From: Synechococcus sp. | GTDB lineage: Bacteria > Cyanobacteriota > Cyanobacteriia > PCC-6307 > Cyanobiaceae | Assembly (NCBI GenBank): GCA_047285805.1 | Contig: JBJBCN010000002.1 | Span: 1,120,001-1,184,000, forward strand | Reading direction: 5' to 3' | Length of the DNA stretch: 64,000 nt | Part shown: in pieces, positions 30,511 to 40,053 of the stretch | Numbering within the stretch: the stretch's first letter is position 1 | Layout of the letters: each line of letters opens with the position of its first letter | Position numbers and translations under genes: made by a program | The notes under the pieces: model-generated | What the model saw: only the letters and a program-made list of their open reading frames with translations | Database searches by the model: none | What the model was told of the DNA's origin: nothing

Positions 30511-31542
30511 ATGCAGCAGTCCATTCGCCTGAGCCTCTCCCTCACTGGTGCAGCTGCTTTGGCACTGGCATCAATGCCGCAGGTGAGCGCAAAGCCTGCA
30601 GTGGTGGCGCAAGGGAGCGCGGAAGACCTTGGAGTGATGAGCATCCGCCTCAAGGATGTGGTGAAACCGCAGGTTGGTGTTCAAGGTCAAACCCAAGCGG
30701 CTGGCACCCCGAATGAGGCAGGCATTGGCGGTTTTATGCCGCTGGTGGTGGGAGAGAACAGCGTCTTCTTTGCTGATGTGCTGGCGAATGCGAACTTCGC
30801 GGACTGGGGCAACAGCAGCAGCATCATCAATACCAAGGTGGCGGGTCCCACCATCAGCACGTCATCCAGGCTTGGGTATCGCTGGCTGAATGGTGACCGC
30901 AGTTGGATGTTTGGTGTCAACGGTGGGTATGACACCCGACCGATGGCAACGGGTGATGCCGATACAGGTGTTGCGGTCTCTGGCCAGCGGACAGTCTTTT
31001 TCCAGCAGGCAGCGTTTGGCTTGGAGGCAGTGAATGATGACTGGAGCTTCAATGCCTATGGATTAATACCAACTGGAACAACGGAATACAGGTTGAATAG
31101 TGCTTACAACGGGGGAGCACTGGATACGTATGGGTTTGATGCGGGCTACAGCATCACGCCAGAGTGGAAGCTGAGTGTTGGCTATTACTACCAGAATGGC
31201 GACCTCAATACAGCTGATGGCTCAGGCGTGCTGGGGCGACTGGCTTACAGCATCAATGAGGGAGTAACGGTTGGCACCAATCTGTCTTATGACAGCGCGT
31301 TTAAGTCACGCTTCTCAGCTGACATTAAGTGGCGGTTCAATACGGCAGGAATTTCGCAAAGCGAGAAGCAGAAGAAAGCGTGGGAGAAGCCAACGATTAA
31401 GGCATTAACTGAGAGCGTGAAGAATAGGGATGTACGGGTGCACGATACGACCTGGTGTAATACCCCAGGCGGGGAACCGGGAATATTAGTAACTACCCCT
31501 GGAGACGGGAAGTCTGTGTGTGTCACGCCCGCCCCAATGTAG
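30511..31542 (+). CDS. Inverse-autotransporter beta-barrel protein, paralog 5, intact
   Basis: Same motifs as paralog 2; ends VKNRDVRVHD-TTWCNTPGGEPGILVTTPGDGKSVCVTPAPM*. Confidence 0.87.
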   Translation: MQQSIRLSLSLTGAAALALASMPQVSAKPAVVAQGSAEDLGVMSIRLKDVVKPQVGVQGQTQAAGTPNEAGIGGFMPLVVGENSVFFADVLANANFADWGNSSSIINTKVAGPTISTSSRLGYRWLNGDRSWMFGVNGGYDTRPMATGDADTGVAVSGQRTVFFQQAAFGLEAVNDDWSFNAYGLIPTGTTEYRLNSAYNGGALDTYGFDAGYSITPEWKLSVGYYYQNGDLNTADGSGVLGRLAYSINEGVTVGTNLSYDSAFKSRFSADIKWRFNTAGISQSEKQKKAWEKPTIKALTESVKNRDVRVHDTTWCNTPGGEPGILVTTPGDGKSVCVTPAPM

Positions 31543-31566
31543 GGTGAGCCTAACCACCCAACGCCC

Positions 31567-31597
31567 AAAGCCCCTGTAACCGCAGGGGCTTTTTATT
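31567..31597 (+). terminator. Intrinsic terminator after paralog 5
   Basis: aaagcccctgtaaccgcaggggcttttt. Confidence 0.85.
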
Positions 31598-31859
31598 TCT
31601 TCAGTCACACCAACAAGCCAACAAATCAGCCTCCAATGCCTGGCACCATTGCCCTCGACTTAGCCCAATGGCAGGTCGCTCACGGCATTCTTTGCCTCAT
31701 CGCAAGACCGCAAGACACACCAAAGCCTCCCTCAATATCTTTCTCTCTACTTCTATCCTTATTTCCTCAACGCATTCACCAATCACTTCGCTCTCTATAG
31801 CCATCACGGATGCCATTGGCGCGTCTAAATCTCACCGCCACTTGATACCAAGCCGCCTG

Positions 31860-31936
31860 GGGGCAACGACCTCCGCTGGACGGCAGAAGAAGGCGTGGGG
31901 CAGGGCTGGGAAATCTCTGGTGATGGGCTGGGTGGC
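31860..31936 (-). pseudogene. mpg: Second N-terminal Mpg fragment
   Basis: Reverse strand reads [18 protein letters not shown]; homologous to 19144-19253. Confidence 0.6.
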
Positions 31937-32053
31937 TATGGGAGTGGCTTCTGGTCTCCCTTCATCGTGCCGACGACCAGCCAACTGCTCTAAGCCCAGT
32001 GGCAATGGCGGATTTCCTGGCGAAACTCCCAACAGAAGTTGAGCGCGAGCGCT

Positions 32054-33082
32054 ATGCAGCAGTCCATTCGCCTGAGCCTCTCCCTCACTGGTGCAGCTGC
32101 TTTGGCACTGGCATCAATGCCGCAGGTGAGCGCAAAGCCTGCAGTGGTGGCGCAAGGGAGCGCGGAAGACCTTGGAGTGATGAGCATCCGCCTCAAGGAT
32201 GTGGTGAAACCGCAGGTTGGTGTTCAAGGTCAAACCCAAGCGGCTGGCACCCCGAATGAGGCAGGCATTGGCGGTTTTATGCCGCTGGTGGTGGGAGAGA
32301 ACAGCGTCTTCTTTGCTGATGTGCTGGCGAATGCGAACTTCGCGGACTGGGGCAACAGCAGCAGCATCATCAATACCAAGGTGGCGGGTCCCACCATCAG
32401 CACGTCATCCAGGCTTGGGTATCGCTGGCTGAATGGTGACCGCAGTTGGATGTTTGGTGTCAACGGTGGGTATGACACCCGACCGATGGCAACGGGTGAT
32501 GCCGATACAGGTGTTGCGGTCTCTGGTCAGCGGACAGTCTTTTTCCAGCAGGCAGCGTTTGGCTTGGAGGCAGTGAATGATGACTGGAGCTTCAATGCCT
32601 ATGGATTAATACCAACTGGAACAACGGAATACAGGTTGAATAGTGCTTACAACGGGGGAGCACTGGATACGTATGGGTTTGATGCGGGCTACAGCATCAC
32701 GCCAGAGTGGAAGCTGAGTGTTGGCTATTACTACCAGAATGGCGACCTCAATACAGCTGATGGCTCAGGCGTGCTGGGGCGACTGGCTTACAGCATCAAT
32801 GAGGGAGTAACGGTTGGCACCAATCTGTCTTATGACAGCGCGTTTAAGTCACGCTTCTCAGCTGACATTAAGTGGCGGTTCAATACGGCAGGAATTTCGC
32901 AAAGCGAGAAGCAGAAGAAAGCGTGGGAGAAGCCAACGATTAAGGCATTAACTGAGAGCGTGAAGAATAGGGATGTACGGGTGCACGATACGACCTGGTG
33001 TAATACCCCAGGCGGGGAACCGGGAATATTAGTAACTACCCCTGGAGACGGGAAGTCTGTGTGTGTCACGATTACGCCCTAA
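32054..33082 (+). CDS. Inverse-autotransporter beta-barrel protein, paralog 6, intact
   Basis: Protein identical to paralog 5 except the final residues (..VCVTITP*). Confidence 0.87.
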   Translation: MQQSIRLSLSLTGAAALALASMPQVSAKPAVVAQGSAEDLGVMSIRLKDVVKPQVGVQGQTQAAGTPNEAGIGGFMPLVVGENSVFFADVLANANFADWGNSSSIINTKVAGPTISTSSRLGYRWLNGDRSWMFGVNGGYDTRPMATGDADTGVAVSGQRTVFFQQAAFGLEAVNDDWSFNAYGLIPTGTTEYRLNSAYNGGALDTYGFDAGYSITPEWKLSVGYYYQNGDLNTADGSGVLGRLAYSINEGVTVGTNLSYDSAFKSRFSADIKWRFNTAGISQSEKQKKAWEKPTIKALTESVKNRDVRVHDTTWCNTPGGEPGILVTTPGDGKSVCVTITP

Positions 33083-33111
33083 TGTAGGGTGAGCCTAACC
33101 ACCCAACGCCC

Positions 33112-33139
33112 AAAGCCCCTGTAACCGCAGGGGCTTTTT
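33112..33139 (+). terminator. Intrinsic terminator after paralog 6 (may also terminate ychF)
   Basis: aaagcccctgtaaccgcaggggcttttt. Confidence 0.85.
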
Positions 33140-33278
33140 ATTTCTTCAGTCACACCAAGAAGCCAGCAAATCAGCATCCAATACCTGGCACTGTCGTCAT
33201 CAACGCAACCTGATGACAGACCCATAAGGGCACTGAATAGAAGTTGCCTCAGGATAAAAAGTCAGCTGTGGGTAGTCG

Positions 33279-34370
33279 TTACACGTTGAAGAGGAACTCC
33301 ATCACGTCGCCTTCTTCAACGACGTACTCCTTCCCTTCAGCGCGAAGCCATCCTCTGTTGCGCGCTTCTGCGAGAGAACCGGCTTCAAGCAGCTGCTTGT
33401 ATCCAATGGTTTGCGCGCGAATAAAGCCGCGTTCAAAGTCCGTGTGTATTACACCGGCGGCCTGGGGAGCAGTCATGCCAGCGTTGATCGTCCAGGCCCG
33501 GGTTTCCTTCTCACCGGTCGTGAAATAGGTGCGCAGACCCAGCAGGTTGTAGGTAGCACGAATTAGGCTTTGCAGACCACCCTCTTCGACTCCTAATCCA
33601 TCCAGGAATTCCGCGCGATCCTCTTCCGGCAGCTCAATCAATTCGGCCTCCACCTGCGCAGAAATCCGGACCGTTCCTGCGCCCTCTTTCTCGGCAAGCA
33701 CGGCCACTTCCTCGCAGTAGAGATTGCCGCTGGAGAGGTCGTCTTCACTGACGTTGGTGGCGTAGATGATCGGCTTAGCCGTCAGCAAACCCAAGGGTTT
33801 GATCATCACGGCCTCGTCATCCGTGAGGCTGACGCTGCGGGCGGAACCTCCCTGCTCAAGCACCGCCTGAATGCGCTCGAGGACCTCGTCCTCCACCTGT
33901 GCTTCCTTGCTGGTGCGCACCTGCTTCTTCAGACGCTCCCGGCGCTTCTCTACCTGGGAGAGATCCGCCAGACCCAGTTCCAGATTGATCACTTCGGCAT
34001 CGCGAGCCGGGCCGACAGAGCCACTGACGTGGATGACCTCGTCGTTCTCAAAGCAACGAACGACATGAACGATGGCGTCCACCTCACGAATATTCGCCAG
34101 GAACTTGTTCCCCAGTCCTTCCCCTTGGCTGGCGCCCTTAACCAGGCCGGCGATATCGACGAACTCCACCCGAGTGGGGATCAGCTCTTTGCTGCTGCTC
34201 AAATCCGAGAGCTGCTGCAGCCTGGGATCCGGAACTGCGACCACACCGGAGTTCGGCTCAATGGTGCAAAAGGGGTAGTTGGCAGCTTCAGCCTGGGCGT
34301 TGGCCACCAAGGCGTTGAAGAGAGTCGACTTGCCCACATTGGGCAGCCCCACGATTCCGGCTTTAAGCAT
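33279..34370 (-). CDS. ychF: Redox-regulated ATPase YchF
   Basis: GIVGLPNVGKST, NYPFCTIEPN, DIAGLV, C-terminal TGS domain. Confidence 0.98.
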   Translation of the reverse strand: MLKAGIVGLPNVGKSTLFNALVANAQAEAANYPFCTIEPNSGVVAVPDPRLQQLSDLSSSKELIPTRVEFVDIAGLVKGASQGEGLGNKFLANIREVDAIVHVVRCFENDEVIHVSGSVGPARDAEVINLELGLADLSQVEKRRERLKKQVRTSKEAQVEDEVLERIQAVLEQGGSARSVSLTDDEAVMIKPLGLLTAKPIIYATNVSEDDLSSGNLYCEEVAVLAEKEGAGTVRISAQVEAELIELPEEDRAEFLDGLGVEEGGLQSLIRATYNLLGLRTYFTTGEKETRAWTINAGMTAPQAAGVIHTDFERGFIRAQTIGYKQLLEAGSLAEARNRGWLRAEGKEYVVEEGDVMEFLFNV

Positions 34371-34485
34371 CGATGGAATCTACGGTTAGACCCCTATGAC
34401 GGTGATCCGTCCCTAGCCGAACCCCCACCAGCTCCCCACTGCCAGGAAGACTGGTGAGACACCAGGAGCCAAACAGGTCAGCGCG

Positions 34486-35685
34486 ATGCTCCAACAACCC
34501 CGTCGCAAACAACCTGTTGTTACCTGGCTGCAAGGCAACACCTTGAGCCTCAAACGCCTCGCCAGCGTTCGCCCCTGGCTGGGGCGGCGCCGCTTCTGGT
34601 CTGCGGCCCTAGCCGGGACCGTCGCGATTGCCGGCGGTGCAACCGCCCTGAACCTCAGCCGCAGCGCCAAGCAGGCCCGCAGCCTGAGCGCCTATACCGC
34701 AGTCGCCCAAGAGGGATCGCTGCCAGGGCTCGTCACCGCCAGCGGTGAGCTTGAGGCTTTCCGGCTCGTCAACGTCAGCCCCAAACGCCAAGGGGTCCTC
34801 AAAACCCTCTACGTAGAGGAGGGCGACAGCGTTCGGGCCGGTCAGGCCCTTGCCTTGATGGATGGCGGTGACCTGACAGACCGGCTGGAAGAGCTGTCCG
34901 CTCAACTGCAATCGGCCAAAGCGCAACTCGCCCGTAGCCAAAGCGAACTCCAACGCCGGGAGAACCTTGTCCGCAACGGTGCCATCAGCCAGGACAACTA
35001 CAACAGCGCGAAGGCGACTTATCTGGTGGACCGCGCCGCCGTGGATGCCGCCCAGCAACGCCTCGAGCAGCGCGAGATGGAGCGCAGTGAATTGATCGTT
35101 CGCGCCCCCTTCGCCGGGATTATTACCGCACGGTTCGCCGACCCCGGGGCCTACGTGACCCCCACCACCTCGGCGTCAGCTTCCGCCGGTGCCAGCAGCT
35201 CCTCCATTGTCGAGCTCGCCCAAGGGCTCGAAGCGGTCGCCAAGGTTCCCGAGAGCGACATCGGCAGGATCAAGCTCGGGCAAACCGGCTCGGTGCGGGT
35301 CGACGCCTTTCCCGATCGACGCTTCAAAGCCCAGGTGCGTCAGATCGCACCGCGGGCGGCCAAGCTCAACAACGTCACTTCCTTTGAGGTCACCCTGAAG
35401 TTCGTCGAGCAGGCGTTTGAATTGCGCATTGGCATGACTGCTGACATCGACTTCAACACCGGCGATCTGCCCCCGCGCACCCTGGTACCTACCGTGGCGG
35501 TCGTCACCGAGCGCGGAAAGCCCGGGGTGCTTCTGGTGGGCCCCGGCAACCAGCCGAAGTTCCAAGCCGTCACCCTGGGTGCCAGCAGCGGCCGCAACAC
35601 CCAAATACTGGATGGCCTCCAGACTGGGACGCGAGTGTTCATCGACCTCCCCCCCTGGGCGAAGCGCAACAGCGATTCGAACTAA
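34486..35685 (+). CDS. Efflux membrane-fusion (periplasmic adaptor) protein
   Basis: N-terminal TM, V.EGD.V..GQ.L lipoyl half, RAPFAG, LRIGMTA; start uncertain. Confidence 0.88.
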   Translation: MLQQPRRKQPVVTWLQGNTLSLKRLASVRPWLGRRRFWSAALAGTVAIAGGATALNLSRSAKQARSLSAYTAVAQEGSLPGLVTASGELEAFRLVNVSPKRQGVLKTLYVEEGDSVRAGQALALMDGGDLTDRLEELSAQLQSAKAQLARSQSELQRRENLVRNGAISQDNYNSAKATYLVDRAAVDAAQQRLEQREMERSELIVRAPFAGIITARFADPGAYVTPTTSASASAGASSSSIVELAQGLEAVAKVPESDIGRIKLGQTGSVRVDAFPDRRFKAQVRQIAPRAAKLNNVTSFEVTLKFVEQAFELRIGMTADIDFNTGDLPPRTLVPTVAVVTERGKPGVLLVGPGNQPKFQAVTLGASSGRNTQILDGLQTGTRVFIDLPPWAKRNSDSN

Positions 35686-35689
35686 GTCA

Positions 35690-36820
35690 CTAGGCCGCCG
35701 CGTGGCGGCGCTCGTTGAGGAAGCTACGGCAGGCATCCAGGATGCGAGTGCTGGCCTGGCCATCCCCAAACGGGTTGTGGGCCCGCGCCATTTCCTCGTA
35801 GGCCTCAGCGTTATCCAGCAAAACGGCGGCCTCCCGAAGGATGTCGGCGGAGTCCGTTCCAATCAACTTGGCTGTGCCAGCGTCCACGGCCTCGGGCCGT
35901 TCGGTGGTGCGCCGGAGCACCAGGACTGGCTTGCCAAGGGCCGGAGCCTCCTCCTGAAGACCGCCTGAATCGGTCAGAAGAAGCGTCGAGCCATGCATAG
36001 CGGCCACCAGGCGGTCGTAATCCAGGGGCTCCGTTAGGAAGGCCCGCGGATGATCACCCAGCAGCACCTGCAGAGGTTCCCGCACGGTGGGATTGCGGTG
36101 CAAGGGCAGCAGCAAGGCCGTATCGGGGTAGCGCTCCAGCACAGCCAAGAAGCCCTTGCCGATCTCCTGCAGCCGCTCGCCCCAGTTCTCGCGACGATGA
36201 ACGGTCGCCAGGATCACCCGCTGCTTCTCAAAGTCCAAACCCGAGAGCTCAAAGGGCGGAGCCTTTTTCGCCATCAACAGGAGGGCGTCGATCACGGTGT
36301 TGCCGGTCGTGATGGTCTCACCGACCACGCCAGAGGCCGCCAAGTTGCGGGCCGACACGTGGGTCGGGGCGAAGTGCAGCAGGGCAACCTGGGAGATGAG
36401 ACGTCGGTTGGCCTCCTCGGGGTAGGGATCAAAGATGTTGTCGGTGCGCAGTCCGGCCTCCACATGGCCGACGGGGATCTGCTTGTAAAACGCCGCCAAC
36501 GCCGATGCGAAGGCCGTTGTGGTGTCCCCCTGAACCAAGACCAACTCTGGGGGGAACTGCTCAAACTCCGCCTTCAATCCTTGCAGCGCTCCACAGGTGA
36601 TGTGGGTCAGGGTCTGCTTGGGCGCCATCAAGGCCAGGTCGTGATCAGCCTGCAGGTCAAACAGGTCCATCACCTGGGTCACCATCTCCCGGTGTTGGCC
36701 GGTGAGCACCACACGAGTGTTGAAGTCATCGGACTGCTGGAAAGCCTGGATGACCGGAGCAAGCTTGATCGCCTCCGGACGTGTGCCCAACACGATGCAG
36801 ACGTTGTGGGGAGCGCTCAC
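35690..36820 (-). CDS. wecB: UDP-N-acetylglucosamine 2-epimerase (non-hydrolysing)
   Basis: GTRPEAIK, TGQH, VQGDT, HVEAGLR, DSGGLQEEA, TERPE. Confidence 0.96.
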   Translation of the reverse strand: MSAPHNVCIVLGTRPEAIKLAPVIQAFQQSDDFNTRVVLTGQHREMVTQVMDLFDLQADHDLALMAPKQTLTHITCGALQGLKAEFEQFPPELVLVQGDTTTAFASALAAFYKQIPVGHVEAGLRTDNIFDPYPEEANRRLISQVALLHFAPTHVSARNLAASGVVGETITTGNTVIDALLLMAKKAPPFELSGLDFEKQRVILATVHRRENWGERLQEIGKGFLAVLERYPDTALLLPLHRNPTVREPLQVLLGDHPRAFLTEPLDYDRLVAAMHGSTLLLTDSGGLQEEAPALGKPVLVLRRTTERPEAVDAGTAKLIGTDSADILREAAVLLDNAEAYEEMARAHNPFGDGQASTRILDACRSFLNERRHAAA

Positions 36821-36855
36821 TCGAGGGGCAACGGGCTGTCGCTTGGATCCTAAAG

Positions 36856-37361
36856 ATGGCGGGCAGAAAAGCGGCTCACCCTTCGCTTTGCCGCAACAGT
36901 GGCGGCAAAGCGAGCAACAGTTCGCCCTTCCCGATCGGGCTGATTCCAAACCGGGAGCGCGCCCCCAAGACAATTGCCATCCCGGAACCACAAGAGCTGG
37001 ATGGTTCCCTGCAAGGCCGCCAACCCAGTTCGCTCAAGGGCATGGTCAAGCTCGCCGCACCCTGGCAGAGAGCCTGCTGGAGGTCATCGCCCGGGGGCTC
37101 ATCAAAACCACCCACGGCAAAAGGGCCGCTCTTCACGACATCTTGATCAACAACGACGCCTGCAAGGAATACATCGAGAGTGGTGAGCTCGAGGGGATCG
37201 AGTCGATCATGTCCCGCAGCAGTTTTGACGGCATGCAAACCGCCAACCAATCCCTCATGGCAGTGGTCAAACAGGGCCGTGTAGCGGGTGAGACGGCCCA
37301 GGTCGAAAGCCTCAAGGCCAATGAGCTAGCCCAAGCTCTACGTGCTAAGGAATCGATTTAG
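36856..37361 (+). pseudogene. pilT: PilT/PilU twitching ATPase remnant with an internal deletion
   Basis: C-terminal part HDILINNDACKEYI..GMQTANQSL in one frame; Walker A/B core absent. Confidence 0.72.
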
Positions 37362-37371
37362 CCCCGAGGGC

Positions 37372-37554
37372 TCAAACCTTGCCGGCCAGGCGGGCGATCA
37401 AGAGGACGCTCAAACCAACGGAGAGGCCAACCATCGCCATCCGGCCGTTCCAGATCTCAGCCTGGGGCGTGAAGCCACGCTTCCACTGGTTCAGCTCTTC
37501 AGGAGCCGCTTCAACCACTTGATCCTGGGTGGGAGCGGGTTCTGCAGTGGCCAT
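37372..37554 (-). CDS. hli: High-light-inducible protein
   Basis: GFTPQAEIWNGRMAMVG chlorophyll-binding motif. Confidence 0.92.
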   Translation of the reverse strand: MATAEPAPTQDQVVEAAPEELNQWKRGFTPQAEIWNGRMAMVGLSVGLSVLLIARLAGKV

Positions 37555-37590
37555 TACCTCTGCTCACTAAGTCCAGTCACCCTACGAACC

Positions 37591-38658
37591 TCAGAAGGGT
37601 GGCTGGGGTTCATAAAGAACCGGTGCCTCCTCGAGGGGCAAGCGGGGGGTCACGGCCAACCGGATTGAGCTTTGGCCGCCAGCTCTGAAGCGCTCCTCAG
37701 CGGCCACGCCAATCATCGCGGCGTTGTCGGTGCAATACGCCAAAGGCGCCACCCGCCAGTCCAGTTGCAGGGCTTGGCAGCGCTCCTGCAAACGGTCCCG
37801 CAAGCGACGGTTCGCTGCGACGCCACCCACCATGACGATGGTCTTCAAGCATTGGTCGCGGGCGCAGCGGGTAGTGCGCTCCACCAACACATCCACTACC
37901 ACCTGCTCAAAGCTGGCTGCCACATCGGCCAAGGGGAAGGGCTCTCCGCCACCTGCCTCCGCCGCCCGGAGGTGATTCACCAGGCGGAGAACCGCTGTTT
38001 TCAAGCCGCTGAAGCTGAAGTCGTAAGGGTGAAAGCCTCCCTCCGGAAGGGACACACGTCCCTTCGGCAAGGGAAAACGCTTGGGATCACCGGTAGCGGC
38101 AGCGGTCTGAACAGCCGGACCACCTGGATACCCCAGCCCGAGCAGACGGGCCACCTTGTCGAAGGCCTCTCCGGCCGCGTCATCGCGGCTACGGGCCAAG
38201 CGGCTGTAAGCGCCGGGCCCATCCACGCGAATCATCTCGGTGTGCCCGCCACTGACCAGCAAGACCAGATATGGGCCTAAGGGCAACGGATCCCCCAACT
38301 GCACGGAACAGAGGTGACCCTCCAGATGATGAACACCCACAAAGGGTTTGCCATGGAGACGAGCCAAGCTTCTACCGGTCACTGATCCCACAAGCAGCGC
38401 ACCGACCAACCCAGGGGCGGCCGTGGCCGCAATGGCATCCAGCTCGGCGTAGCTCACCCCACTTTCGGCCATCACCTGCTCAATCAGATGGGGCAGCGCT
38501 TCTACATGGCGCCTGGAGGCGATTTCCGGGACGACACCACCCCAGCGGGCGTGCTCTTCGATCTGGGTCGCGATGGCACTGGCCAAGACCGTTTGATCGC
38601 GCACAACAGCAGCTGCTGACTCGTCACAACTTGTTTCGAGCGCCAGCAACGTGGGCAT
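37591..38658 (-). CDS. tsaD: tRNA threonylcarbamoyltransferase TsaD
   Basis: [46 protein letters not shown]. Confidence 0.97.
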   Translation of the reverse strand: MPTLLALETSCDESAAAVVRDQTVLASAIATQIEEHARWGGVVPEIASRRHVEALPHLIEQVMAESGVSYAELDAIAATAAPGLVGALLVGSVTGRSLARLHGKPFVGVHHLEGHLCSVQLGDPLPLGPYLVLLVSGGHTEMIRVDGPGAYSRLARSRDDAAGEAFDKVARLLGLGYPGGPAVQTAAATGDPKRFPLPKGRVSLPEGGFHPYDFSFSGLKTAVLRLVNHLRAAEAGGGEPFPLADVAASFEQVVVDVLVERTTRCARDQCLKTIVMVGGVAANRRLRDRLQERCQALQLDWRVAPLAYCTDNAAMIGVAAEERFRAGGQSSIRLAVTPRLPLEEAPVLYEPQPPF

Positions 38659-38723
38659 GAGTTCTGGAGGACTCTCTTACTGTCCGTAAGTGACATCCTG
38701 CCGTGCAGCAGCTGGACCTGACG

Positions 38724-39203
38724 ATGCGCCGCCTTTTTGCAGTTCTCATTTCTGCCCTGCTGATTTTCGGCTTCGCCCCCGTGGCGAAAGCTGATATCGC
38801 AGGCCTGACCCCCTGCGCTGAAAGCGCACGATTCCAATCCCGTGCCGCCGCGGCCGCCACTCCACAGGCGAAGGCGCGGTTCGAAATGTACAGCCAGGCC
38901 TCCTGCGGCGCTGATGGCCTTCCCCACCTGATTGTGGATGGTCGCCTCAGCCACGCTGGTGACTTCATCATCCCCGGCATCGCCTTCCTCTACATCGCTG
39001 GTTGCATCGGCTGGGCCGGTCGCAACTACCTGATGGCCATCCGCGGTAGCAAGGATGCAGCCATGAAGGAAATCCAGATCGACCTGTCTCTGGCCTTCAA
39101 GAGCACCCTGGCCGCGGCCAGCTGGCCCATCGCTGCTTTCTCTGAATACAGCGGCGGCAAGCTGACCGAATCCGAAGACAAGATCACCGTTTCCCCTCGC
39201 TGA
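38724..39203 (+). CDS. psaF: Photosystem I subunit III
   Basis: AGLTPC, CGADGLPHLIVDG, LYIAGCIGWAGR, TVSPR. Confidence 0.97.
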   Translation: MRRLFAVLISALLIFGFAPVAKADIAGLTPCAESARFQSRAAAAATPQAKARFEMYSQASCGADGLPHLIVDGRLSHAGDFIIPGIAFLYIAGCIGWAGRNYLMAIRGSKDAAMKEIQIDLSLAFKSTLAAASWPIAAFSEYSGGKLTESEDKITVSPR

Positions 39204-39242
39204 TCGCGGCGGGTTACATCCACTCTTTCAACGTCTTTTCCG

Positions 39243-39359
39243 ATGAAAAAGTTTCTGACCACCGCTCCGGTCTTCGCCGCGATCTGGTTCACCGTCACCG
39301 CCGGCATCCTGATCGAATTCAACCGCTTCTATCCCGATCTCCTCTTCCACCCGATGTGA
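39243..39359 (+). CDS. psaJ: Photosystem I subunit IX
   Basis: Translated by hand: [38 protein letters not shown]. Confidence 0.96.
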   Translation: MKKFLTTAPVFAAIWFTVTAGILIEFNRFYPDLLFHPM

Positions 39360-39375
39360 TCGGAAGACGCCACAG

Positions 39376-39403
39376 AAAAGGCCCCCTTTCGGGGGTCTTT
39401 TTT
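39376..39403. terminator. Bidirectional terminator between psaJ and gmk
   Basis: aaaaggccccc-tttc-gggggtctttttt. Confidence 0.85.
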
Positions 39404-39424
39404 ATTGGAAACCGATGTGGCGCT

Positions 39425-39994
39425 TTAGTGCAGTCTCATCAACTGCTCCAACTGCTGCAGAGCCTCCGCCAAGTCGCCGTTGACGATCACCGCGTCAAAT
39501 TCAGAGGCGGCCTGCAATTCCACCTTGGCCCTTTCCAAACGCTTGGCTATGGCCTCCTCGCTGTCGGTGCCCCGACCGCGGATCCTTCGCTCGAGCTCCT
39601 CAAAGGAGGGGGGCTCGATAAAGATCTGCACGCCGCTGGGAAAGTTGCGGCGCACCTGACGCGCCCCCTCCAGCTCGATCTCCAGCAGAACCGGACGCCC
39701 AGCTTGAAGCTGTGCCTCCACAGGTTCGCGCGGGGTGCCGTAGCAGTTACCGGCGAATTCGGCCCACTCGAGCAAGCCGCCCTGAGCCACCTTGGCGTCG
39801 AAGTCGGATCGCTGCAGAAAGAAGTAGCTCTGCCCATCGACTTCACCGCTGCGAGGAGCGCGGGTGGTCGCTGAAATCGAGAGCCAGATGTCCGGATGAC
39901 GCTCCAACAGCGCGCTCACCAGAGTCCCCTTGCCCACTCCACTGGGGCCCGTGATCAGGAACAACCTGCCGCTGGAGGAGGGCGCTTCCGCCAT
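39425..39994 (-). CDS. gmk: Guanylate kinase
   Basis: [28 protein letters not shown]. Confidence 0.97.
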   Translation of the reverse strand: MAEAPSSSGRLFLITGPSGVGKGTLVSALLERHPDIWLSISATTRAPRSGEVDGQSYFFLQRSDFDAKVAQGGLLEWAEFAGNCYGTPREPVEAQLQAGRPVLLEIELEGARQVRRNFPSGVQIFIEPPSFEELERRIRGRGTDSEEAIAKRLERAKVELQAASEFDAVIVNGDLAEALQQLEQLMRLH

Positions 39995-40053
39995 GGGGAC
40001 TCAACCGTGGAAATGCAGAGTAAGAGTGCCTCCGCCGCGAACCCGCGCAGACC

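Larger units (their letters stand above)
30416..33190 (+). repeat. Tandem duplication of the autotransporter unit (offset 1543 bp)
   Basis: 30416-31650 matches 31959-33190 almost exactly. Confidence 0.92.
10929..33302. mobile_element. Composite genomic island at the 3' end of ychF (no integrase seen)
   Basis: Bounded and punctuated by direct repeats of the ychF 3' end; visibly lower GC; pseudogenes and duplicated cargo. Confidence 0.88.

Noticed and set aside
14824..33082. Diversity-generating retroelement as the source of the variable tails
   Set aside because: There is no reverse transcriptase in the window, and the tails differ in length and are non-homologous rather than adenine-specific variants of a template.
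10929..33302. CRISPR array or intact prophage
   Set aside because: The repeats are kilobases apart with no regular spacers, and I recognise no cas, capsid, terminase or integrase genes.
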